Shown: positions 50,965 through 61,157 of the stretch, piece after piece
Position numbering within the stretch: the first letter of the stretch is position 1
Layout: each line of letters opens with the position of its first letter
Source of the DNA: Basidiobolus meristosporus CBS 931.73
Taxonomy: Eukaryota > Fungi > Basidiobolomycota
NCBI GenBank assembly: GCA_002104905.1
Contig: MCFE01000236.1
Location: 56,016 to 120,015, forward strand
Length of the DNA stretch: 64,000 bases
Reading direction: 5' to 3'
Translations under genes and position numbers: made by a program
The notes under the pieces: model-generated
The model's input: the letters and a program-made list of their open reading frames with translations, nothing else
What the model was told of the DNA's origin: nothing
Database searches by the model: none

Positions 50965-51560
50965 GACTTGTTCCATTGTACTGTGCCATGGTGCAGGGTG
51001 CAATCTGCAGTCATTAATAATGGTTGGGTGTGATATGGTAGCTACCAGTAGGCAGGATTGCTCTTATACAATTTTGTACCACGTGGGGCAATCTTGCACA
51101 CTGTGGCACAATCTGACACAATGAGGTTGGCACAAGTGATTGTGCCAACTTTTAATATTTGTATCATGTGCGCAATGCAATACCACCATTATGATAGGTA
51201 AAATCTGGTATTTGGATATATTTCTTTAATGTAAATGGAAATAAATGTGTATCACACTATAAACTACAATAACACTTACCATTTTGGCTACCATTACTCC
51301 AATTGGATGATAACTTGGTGATTAATTGGTCCAAAAGTCTCCCCAAGCTGGTAGCCCCCAATTGGTTCTTTGACAGACACACAAGCTACCTGACTTGCCA
51401 TGAAATATCCCATTTTGCCCATTAAGCAAGTAAATCCTTGATCCTAGTGATTTGACATGGTTTCATAGCTAGCATGCAACTAATTGTATAGGTGTAAATC
51501 AGATCAAATGGCTCCACTGGTGCCATAGATGATGTATACATATGCAGGGTGTTTATTTAT
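50965..51560. mobile_element. Third element beginning TA|GACTTGTTC (PHIS-like family end); right boundary approximate
   Basis: GACTTGTTCCATTG start, GGCACAA/TTGTGCC repeats and a hairpin GTTGGCACAAGTGATTGTGCCAAC. Confidence 0.45.
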
Positions 51561-51763
51561 AGGGTCCTGTCTCAAGTGTGAGGCAATATTGACTCACTTT
51601 GCACACCTATACTACTTCCTGGCTGACTATTATCTTGGCTACTTGTGAATTTGTAGTCAGTATTTTGCCTCCTAGTTGATAAGTGCAATGCTGCAGCTTG
51701 GCAGCACTGAATTGCTCCAGATAATGCAACTGAGCTGGCCTGCAGTGCTACAAGCTGAAGAGT

Positions 51764-52405
51764 TCACTTACTTGCAAAAGGCTTGGGTGGTGGAAGCACT
51801 TCATGTGGGTCATCATCTGTCAGTTCACTAGAAGAAACTTGCTGATGGTGAAGTGTAATGGCGCACATAGATACAACTTGATACACAGGCTTAGCCCTTG
51901 GCAGAGTTTGATGTGATGCCACTTGTTGATTCAACTTGGCCTGCTCCAATTGCTTGTGTCTTTTTGAGCAGTTTAGTGAGTTCTGGTGGTTATGCTCTGA
52001 ATCCCACATGTTGACTCAACATGTTTTAACCTAATGTGGGACATTGCTATAGTCTTTTTCAGTTCTGGACATTGTTGCTTTGTCTGACCATGCAATCTTG
52101 ACTTTGTCTACAATGAGCAATGTGGAGGTTGTGATATACAAAATGTCTTTCTCTGCAAGCTCATTTGCCTCACTGTTACATGGCTCAACTGGCTGCACTT
52201 CCAACTTCAGAGAAAATAGCTTTTGTCTTGTTAGTAATTCTTCTTGGCTTTGATCAAATTCAGCCTGTTCCAGGCTTAAGGCAGAAGCCCTCTCTTACAC
52301 TTTCCTGTCTCCAGCTTGGATTGACCTTTTTGCCTTTACCTTTTCCTTATCATTTATCAATGCCAGGCCTTTCACTGCTCCATTGCTGGTGTGACTCTTG
52401 TAATA
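51764..52405 (-). pseudogene. Diverged ORF-B fragment with a different downstream sequence
   Basis: 52030-52400 matches the GKGK...EELP.RKQLFS...VEAQP region of ORF-B. Track ORF 51764..52009 is unrelated to the usual C-terminus. Confidence 0.5.
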
Positions 52406-53045
52406 CATACAAATTTTGACCCCAATCAGCATCAGAGTATCCCACAAGATCCTGTACTGAATACTAAGCAGGTATCAGCGGTTTCTTTTAGGTATCTAAA
52501 AACTTGCATAACCGCCACACTATGATCAGATCCATAGTTCTAATTATGCTGGCTGACAACTCTCAATGAACATGAGATATCTGGACATGTTCCCAGCATG
52601 ATATACATCAGACTGCTGGTCAAAGATTAATAAGGAAAGTCAGGGCTTTCAGATGGCACTAAGCACTGTTGAGTTGGTTAAGTTATAACCAAGTAAAACT
52701 TTGTCTCCATTGGGGTAGCTGCTGGTCTACAGTTTTCCACTTGGTACTTTTTTGATATATCTTAAATATACTTGGATTGGCTTAAGGTGATAGTCTGGGT
52801 ACTTATGTCTATGGAGAACATTTTCCCTAAGTAGTGACTGAGCTCTCCTAGTTTGGATATCTTGAGCACTTTGGATAGGCTGAATTAAGTTTCTTCCAAT
52901 GTTTCAGGTTATTGGTGGCTATAATAAGATCATCCACATATAGAGCTAATAGAACTGGATTTGCTCTATTTGGCTTATAGTGTATACTATAGTCAGCACT
53001 ACTTCTTTTGAAGTTCAAGACTCCAAATAAGAATCTATTTTGCAA
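52406..53045 (-). mobile_element. Copia-1 reverse transcriptase fragment
   Basis: FKRSSADYSIHYKPNRANPVLLALYVDDLIIA through GYSDADW. Confidence 0.8.
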
Positions 53046-53615
53046 TTCCAGGATCCATACCAGGATGTATGGGGGTCATTCAATGAACAGTGGGATAAAG
53101 CTGTTGGGCTTCTGCTGAAGTCATGGAAACAGAGTGTTACATTAGAAATACTAACTGAATGGTGGATTTTAATGGAGTTACTTGCTGAGTGCGGGGTTGT
53201 GTTTAATGTTAGTATAGGGTATACAGACTTGTATAGGTCAGTACAGTTGGCAACTGAGGTACAACTGACATTTCAATGGGAATAAATCATGTAGTATGCA
53301 TGAAAGGTAAGAGAAATGGTTGAGTCAAGAAGTAAGGAGTGTGAAAAAGTGGCAATAGCCATTCAGCACACACAAATGTTCAAGGTGATAGAGTGTTCAG
53401 GATAAGAAAGTGCGAAAATTGGCAGAGAACCAATCAAAAGCCACTTTTGTATTGTTGTGATGAAAAACTTTGACTTAGTTTTTTGTGAGATCTGGGGTGC
53501 ATTATTTTTTGATGGTCTTTGCATGGTATCCTGATGGGATCAATACCTCTTAGTCACAGGACTTAGAATATGTGATGGCCTTTTGATGGGATCATTGCAT
53601 TAATTTTACATAAGG
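53046..53615 (-). mobile_element. CACTA-like remnant: ORF-B C-terminus plus left end (CCTTATG variant)
   Basis: Track ORF 53040..53285 matches the ORF-B C-terminal block. The subterminal sequence ends ...TTTTACATAAGG at 53615. Confidence 0.72.
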
Positions 53616-55372
53616 TTTCTTTTCCATGCACAGTCTGATGTGTGTCCATTCCTTTTGCAGTAGTTGCAAAACAGGTTGCTATTGTCTTTAAAGGTCTTGG
53701 CTATCTCCTTTGTTGGGTATCAATGCTTATCAAAGAATGATTACTTCCATCTTTTAGGTATTTGATTTTCTTAATTCTTCATCCAGGAGCCTTCCATATA
53801 TGTAATTAAAGTCAAATCTTCAGGCTGGACTCTTAGACTGATACAAGGCCCTGAATCATGTCTGCTAGGCTATTCAGGACGGTTACTATCACATCTCTAT
53901 TGGTAGCTTATACCCACAGATCCCATCTCATCTACCTGCAGGGTAACTCTGCTAATTGGATTTCTCATATCTGGTCCTGGTAGTGGCCTTGTAATAAAGA
54001 ATCCCTAAGAGAAAAAATTGAGCCATGTTTGCTCTTGAGCATTGAATTAGCAATTTGTCTATGACATTAAGGCTAATGCAGCTGAAGGCACTTTGCTGTT
54101 CTTCTGGTGCTTCAAGGATTCCCCTCCCATGTTTTTTGGAGGGCATTCTTCTTCCATGACAATATCCTAAAGGCCTCTTTGTTGTGGCAGCATCTTTATC
54201 TTCACCTTCCACTCTTGGTAGTTAGATCTGTCAGACTTTTTAGCAGAGGGAAAGTTCCAGTAATAGCAGTAGCAGATATTAAGAAGAGTGACAGCTTGGG
54301 CTTATAACCTGTTGTAAGATCCTTGGAGATATTAGAAGTGATTAGGAGAACAAGTGGATTAGACTTGTCTAGTTAGATAGCGCCGCATTGAGTCATGACT
54401 GCCAAATGATGCTGTAGTGTGCCAGGGAGCCCAAGGGGGCCTATACTTGGCCACAGAGTGTGAAACATAGTTCTTCATCTTCATGCAAAGCAGCCCCTGT
54501 GTTTCATCAGTTGTGGTGGAGAGGATCTACTCTTTGACCTTTTTTTTGGATCAAAGTTGTACAGGATGTGTAAGAGAACATAAGGACTGAATACATGCAT
54601 CTAGTACTCAATAACCATAGCACTCTGAATCTAGCTTCTGTAGCTTGTGACATGTTGCAAAAATGCATGGCACTCTCTTGGTCCACTGGCACTATCTGGA
54701 ACTATAAGTGTTTTGTATAGGCTTTACTTCAGGGCTAATACTTAAGTATAGTGCCAGATAGTGCCATGCATTTTTGTGACATGGTACAAGTTACAGGAGC
54801 TAGATTCAGAGTGCCATGGATATTGAGTACCAGATGCATTACTTCATTCCTTCTGTCCTCTTGCTCATCCTGCACAACATTGATCCAAAAAAAAAGGTCA
54901 AAAAATGGATTCTCTCCAGCACAACAGGTTAAACATAAGGGCTGCTTTGCTTGAAGACAAAGAAATTTGCTTCACACTCCATGGCCAAGTATTGGACCAC
55001 TTGGCCTCCCTGGCACACTATGACATCATTTGGCACTCATGGCCCTATGGGGCACCATCCAATAGAACAAGTTTATTTTGTGGTTTTCCCTTAATGATTT
55101 ATTAAATGTAAAGTAGTATTTATACCTTTACATGGTCTTAGCATAAACAACACATAGAATAAACTCAGGAAGGTATCATGAACAAATGTACAAAGCTTGG
55201 GACTGTTTGGATAACTTTAAGAATTCTTATGCTCTGGGTACCAGATTTTTTGGTCAAAATATTCTTAGTATATCCCATCAAGAAATTGATCAGTATTCTC
55301 CAGTACATGAAGGTAATGATCTAAGTGACTAAGTTAGTGAGTATATAGATGGAATCACTACCTTTTACAACA
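53616..55372 (-). mobile_element. Copia-1 5' remnant: gag, PBS 54298-54309, 5' LTR split by the foldback element (54310-54361 and 55074-55372)
   Basis: PBS GGTTATAAGCCC, gag EQQSAFSCISLNVIDKLLIQC, and LTR halves collinear with the intact LTRs. Confidence 0.75.
54362..55073. mobile_element. Foldback/MITE-like element, ~710 bp, with ~310-bp inverted arms and a TA target
   Basis: 54362 to ~54675 is an imperfect reverse complement of ~54760-55073. Termini match the TIR at 43925. Flanked by TA. Confidence 0.85.
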
Positions 55373-56017
55373 ATATTTTGGTGAAAATATTACAAGTATA
55401 TCCCAACAACAAATTAGGTCAGTTATTCTCTAATACTTGTAGGTAATGATCTAAGTAAAGTTAGGTGAGTATTTAGGTAAAATACAAACTTTTACAACAC
55501 TCCCACTTGGCTAATTGCTCATACTGACCAGTCTTATTTTTGACCTAAGGTATTAAAGTTTGTCTCTAGCTAACAGCTTAGTGAATATGTCTGCAATCAT
55601 TTCATCTGTAGGACAGTAAGCTAAGATAAATAAGTTACTCTCTATAGCTTCACATAGAGTATGATATCTAATATCTATGTGCTTAGTTCTAGCATAAAAA
55701 GTTGGATTTCTAATTAATTGTATACATCCTTGATTATCTTAGGAAGAGTATTAGGTGGTTATAATATTTGCCTTAGTCTTAAAAAGCTTTCTTCACCACA
55801 TTGCTTTTTTTGTAGCTTGACAGGCTTCTATATATAATATATATGTACTTAGTTCTAGCATAACACAATGGACTTCTATCTAGTTGTATACATCCTGATT
55901 ATCTTGAAATAAGGTTATAGGTGTTTTTTGATATAGGCCTAAGTCTGTAAGTAGCTTTCTTAACCACTTTGCTTCTTTTGTAGTTTCACAGGCTGCTAAA
56001 TACTCTGCCTCTGTGGC

Positions 56018-57983
56018 AGGGATCTGGATTTTGACAGGCATTCTCAAGGACTGGATAGATTTTGTGGCAAAGGAAGATTCTTGAAAATGCTGGATTTTCA
56101 TGGGTGGGTCCAGTTGCAAGCCTGTCAGTGCAACTGGACATTAGAGTTTCCCAACAGATCTGAATCAGGTTGGTTACTGGAGGACTGCATCAGCTTGAAG
56201 CTGGACTTCTTGTTGGGGCAGGACTTGGCAAAGTGACCTTGTTGGCCACAGTATAGACAGTGGTTGGCTTGTTGACATCTGGACTTTTCACTCTTTGATA
56301 GTATCTTGTATTTGGCACTATCGATCTGCATAGGATCTTCTGCAGTGACTTGGGGAGCAGGAGGGGCTGGGACTTCAACAGGAATGTGTCTTTGACGGTT
56401 CTTTTGCTTCTTCTGGAATAGTCTGGTATCACACTGGATTGCTTGGTGCATAGCTTCAACCAATGTATCTGGATCTGGGAGTGTGAGTAGCAGATCACAA
56501 ACTTCATCATTAAGGCCATCTTGGGATTGGCTTATCAAGGCTGCTTGACCCCAGGAGCTGAGGTCACTGGAGAGTTGTTGGAATTCTGAGGCATAGACTG
56601 ATGCTGGTTTGTTCCCTTGTTTGAGAGTCTTGATCTTGTTGGCAGCAGTTCTGGCTTGGTCAAGGTTACCAAATGTTAGCTCCATTTCAGTGAGAAAAGC
56701 TTGGTAGTCTCTGAGGAGGGGAGAGTTGGTCTCCACTAATGGGGAGAACCATTTGAGAGCTGTACCAGTAAGCAGGTTGGAGATGAAACCAACTTTGGCC
56801 TGGTCAGTGGGGTACCGGTTGGGCTGGAGTGCAAGATTGTTCTTCACCATGTTGATGAAGCCACAGAATTCATTCTGAGAGCCATTGAACTTGGTAGCAG
56901 GAGTATACTTGGGCTCTTGGTAGACTGGGACATGGCTAGCTTGCTGGACACTTTGGTTCTGGAACTGAGCAAGAGTGTTTCTGAGGTCTGCATGGTCTTG
57001 CTGCAGTTGGGTAAAGGCAGCCATGAGCTGGGCAAGGTTCAGCTCCAGGTTGGACATGGTAGCAGAAGAAGGCGGATGAACTTGCAAGGAATACTGGAAT
57101 ATACTAAACTAGGTTGTGGGTTTGTAAAGCCACTAGTATGTCAAGAATACAACTATTGAGCCACAATCCCCAACTTAAAGAAGTTAGCGTCACTTCAGAA
57201 GGTACTGGTTTCAACATCCTTTGATAGAGTATTGTACTAAAGCTTACAATACTGTAAGAACTGTAAACTCCACCAGCAGGGTAATAAAGTGAATGCAGCT
57301 TTGACCAATAGTTTTACAAAGATAAAGTATCTTTGCCTTTATAGGACAAGACTAGGGAAAGATGATGGGTGATACTTAGGGTGAGTATTCCTTTTACAAG
57401 TTTTCTTCAAACTTTGGGCAGAAGGCAGGGATCCACAGGTAAGTCAGGAGAGTCTGATAAAACTGTTATGAATAGACACAAGGCAGGAGGAAAAGCTAGG
57501 CATGGCAGGAAAGGACTTAGGTGTGGACCATCAAGGCAAGACAGGATTCAAGGCAAGGCTGTTTATTCAAGACCTGTGTTTATCAGACTGAGGAATACTT
57601 AAGGGGGGATAGGACTATATATACTTTTTGGTTATACTGATGCCAAGAGATATTGGCTAATACTAATGGGGTTGTGGGGTGAGGCACAGCAATGTGCTGG
57701 GGATAATAATATAGAAGGCAAGGCACTGAGACAGGATGGGAAAATGGATTGGGTCACCTGATCATGTGACTAAGTCATGTTACCTGGTATTTCCATATAT
57801 GGCACTGGACTATGAAAAATACAATGGGAAGCTTCCATGGAATGTTCCATTGTGTAACAAGGGTTTGGAATGGTCAGGAACTTTCTGGAAGGTGGTAGAA
57901 GGTTCCAGAAGGAATCTCTTGGGAATTGAGCTAGGAAGCTGAAACTTGGCATGGGTGTTCAGGGCTGTCATGTAATCATGACA
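56018..57983 (-). mobile_element. Ty3/gypsy (Tf1/sushi-like) 5' remnant: LTR region plus gag; pol deleted
   Basis: TG start at 57983 inside the copia RT. Gag follows. The protease region is fused directly to the copia RNase H at 56017/56018. Confidence 0.75.
56125..57057 (-). CDS. Open gypsy gag ORF (Retrotrans_gag plus CCHC knuckle), ~310 aa
   Basis: YPTDQAKVGFISNLLTGTALKWF, LKQG, YASEFQQL, GLNDEV and CLYCGQQGHFAKSC. Confidence 0.85.
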   Translation of the reverse strand: MSNLELNLAQLMAAFTQLQQDHADLRNTLAQFQNQSVQQASHVPVYQEPKYTPATKFNGSQNEFCGFINMVKNNLALQPNRYPTDQAKVGFISNLLTGTALKWFSPLVETNSPLLRDYQAFLTEMELTFGNLDQARTAANKIKTLKQGNKPASVYASEFQQLSSDLSSWGQAALISQSQDGLNDEVCDLLLTLPDPDTLVEAMHQAIQCDTRLFQKKQKNRQRHIPVEVPAPPAPQVTAEDPMQIDSAKYKILSKSEKSRCQQANHCLYCGQQGHFAKSCPNKKSSFKLMQSSSNQPDSDLLGNSNVQLH

Positions 57984-60900
57984 TGTATAGGCTTAGGGTG
58001 ATAGTCTGGGTACATCTGTCTAAGGAGAACTTAATCCCTAAGTAGTAACTGAGTTCTCCTAGATTAGACATCTTGAACTCCTTAGATAGGCTGGATTTAG
58101 TCTCTTCCAATGTTGCTTGGTTATTGGCAGTTATAATAAGATCATCCACATATAGAGCTAATAGAACAGGATTTGCTCTATCTGGCTTATAGTATATACT
58201 GTAGTTGGCATTACTCCTTTAGATACTCAAAGATTCCAAATAGGAACTTATCCTGCAATTCCAGGCTCTTGGTAATTGTCTGAGATCATATAGAGACTTT
58301 TTAAGCTTGTAGATCAAATGGCGGATATCTTGGTCAACAAGCCCATCAGGCTGGTTTATATACACATCCTCATCAAGTTTCCATTCAAAAATGTAGCTTT
58401 TACACCCATTTGATGAATCAAAAACTTATATTTGGGTGCAATAGCTACTATTAATCTGATGGAATTAAACTTGGCTACCGGTGCAAAGGTCTCAGTATAG
58501 TCAAGTCTGTTTGTTTGAGAGTATTCTTTGGCTACAAGTCTTGTCTTGTATCTTTCAACTGTACCATCAGCCCTGTGTTTTGTCTTGAAGACTCATCTCC
58601 ATCCAATTGATCTTTGGTTGATTGGTAATATGACTAAGTCCCAAGTCCAATTTTCCATCAGGGCCTGATATTCCTCAGTCATTGCAGATCCCCAAAATTT
58701 TGTCTGAGGGCTATTTAGAGCCCCTTTTACAGTCTGCGGCTCATCAATATGGACTGAATAGGCATAGGCTAAGTTTGTACCCTCATTGATGTAGTGATTT
58801 GGGCTATTTCTTGTCTAATTGGATTGCCAGGCATTTGATACTGGAATGATCACTTCTGGGATATTCCTAGGCACTGCTTCAGGCTGAACCCAGTTATAGA
58901 GTCCACTGAAGTGAAAAAAATTCATAGTTTTGCTCTGATTCAATCCTGCAATTGGCAGACTTGAGATCAGATTACTGGCATCATCTGATGACATTTTTGG
59001 TAAACATTTTGAGTTTTCTTCAAACAATACATACCTGGACTTGATTAGCTTCTTTGCTTTTGTATTGTAGGGTCTGTATGCATTACTCTCATTGCAGTAG
59101 CCCAAAAAATATACAGTTTACACTTTTTGGCTCATATTTTTACTGATTTCCAAGCAGTTTCTTTGCATATGCTGTGCGCCCAAATATTCTTTGATTTTCT
59201 GCACTTGGTCTGTATCCATACCAGGCTTCAAAGGAGTGGAATTGCAAGGTATTCTGTTATAACTCCTATTTTTAAGGTATACAGCTGTGGCAACTGATTC
59301 CACCCAAAACTCATAAGATAATATTTGATCATGGATCATAAATCTTGCAAAATCAGTTAATGATCTGTTTGCACATTTGGCTACTCCATTTTGCTGTGGG
59401 GAGTATGGAACAGTAGTCTCTTGCTTTATCCTATGAATTTTGCAGAAGTGGATGAAGAGCTTTAAGGCATGATCCCCACCATTGTCAGAGCATACTTTCC
59501 TGATTTTTTTTCCAGTTTCTCTCTCCACCATGACTTTCAGCTCCCTGAGCTTAGGCAAAGCTTCTTCCTTTCTCTCCTTGAAGTAGACCCACGTGTATCT
59601 TGTATAATTATCAATAAACATGATTAGATACTTCATCCCATTTAAGGATTAATTTTGCATAGGTCCACACAGATCTGAATGAATTAGATCTAATTTTTTC
59701 TTGGTTTGATCAACCCAGAGCTCTTGAGCAGCTCTCTGGCTTATTTCCCATAGATGCAGGCTTCACAGGGCTCCAAATAAGCTAGGGATCAATTTTTACT
59801 TTGGAAATTAGCTGATATTTGACCATTTTGTGCACATAATCAAAAGTGATGTGCCCAAATCTCCTGTGCCAAAGCATTGGTATTTCTTCATTTGAGTTAC
59901 TTATATTGGCTTCCAGATATGATGGAAAAAAAGTCAACTTGTATAGATTCTCATCTCTTTTACCCAAAGTAATGTGGGCACCACTTTGATCAATGATCCT
60001 GCATCTAGAATTATCAAAGCTGAAACCAAGTCCTTCTGCTGTGGCCTTGCCTACAGATAGTAGGTTGTTGGCTATTTCTGGTTAATAAAGTACTTCTTTA
60101 AAGGCCAGTGTATGGCTTCCTTCACTGCTTCTAAGGTGTACTTGGATATATCCTTCTCTCACTGCATCAATTGTTCTATTGTCACCCATGAAAACCTTAA
60201 TTAGAATTTCTTGATACTGGGTAAAAAGTTTTTTTGGTGTATTAAGTGTTGAGATGCTCCAGAGTCAATATACCACGTCTGAGAATCCTTGTTTGCGGTT
60301 ATATTTAGTGCAGATATGAATAGTCTATCTTCAGTTGTTGCTGAATTTCCATATTCAGGCTTTTCCTGCTGACTATCTCTCTTCTTGAAGCACCAGTCTG
60401 ATGCGTGTCCTTTCCTTTTGCATTAGTTACAAAACAGGTTACTATTATCTTTAAAAGGTCTTGCGTATCTCCTTTGATGGCTATCACTGCTTATTAAAGC
60501 ATTTTCTTCATCCTTCTTATTGGCATTGGATTATCTTAACTCTTCATCCAGGAGCCTTCCATATATGTAATTTAAGGTCAAATTTTCAGTTCTGGACTCT
60601 AGGGGTGATATAAGGCCCTGAAACTTGTCTGTCAGGCTATTCAGGATGGTTACTATCACATCCTCATCAACAGTTGGCATGCCCACAGATTACATCTCAT
60701 CCACCAGCAGGGCAATTCTATTAATTATATTTTTCATTTCTTCTCCTGGCAGCATCTTTGTAGTAAAATATTTTTGTCTCAGATACATTTCCTTAGCAAG
60801 TGAACATGACTGGTGGGTGTCTTCTAATGCCATCCAGGCATTCTTTGCTGTTTTGCTTTTGAGCACTGAATTAGCAATTTGTCCTTAACATCAAGGCAAA

Positions 60901-61157
60901 TACAGTTAAAGGCACTTTGTTCTTTCTTCTGGTACTTTGAGGCTTCCTCTCCCACACTTTTAGGGCAGCATTCTTCTCCCATGACAATATCCCAAAGGCC
61001 TCTTTCTTGCAGCAGCATCTTGATCTTCACCTTCCACACTTGGTAGTTAGATCCATCCAACTTTTCAGCAGAGGGAAAAACTCCAGTAGTAGTGGTAGTA
61101 GACATTGCAGGGAGTGACAGCTTGGGGCTCATAGCCTGTTGTAAGAATCTTGGAGAT

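Larger units (their letters stand above)
55373..61157 (-). mobile_element. Copia-1 element, inverted and defective, interrupted by gypsy sequence at 56018-57983
   Basis: 5' LTR remnant 61137-61157, PBS GGCTATGAGCCC, gag 61132 downward, protease, integrase (MKYLIMFIDNYTR, SDNGG), RT to 57984, RNase H 56017-55520, PPT and 3' LTR fragment from 55499. Confidence 0.82.
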
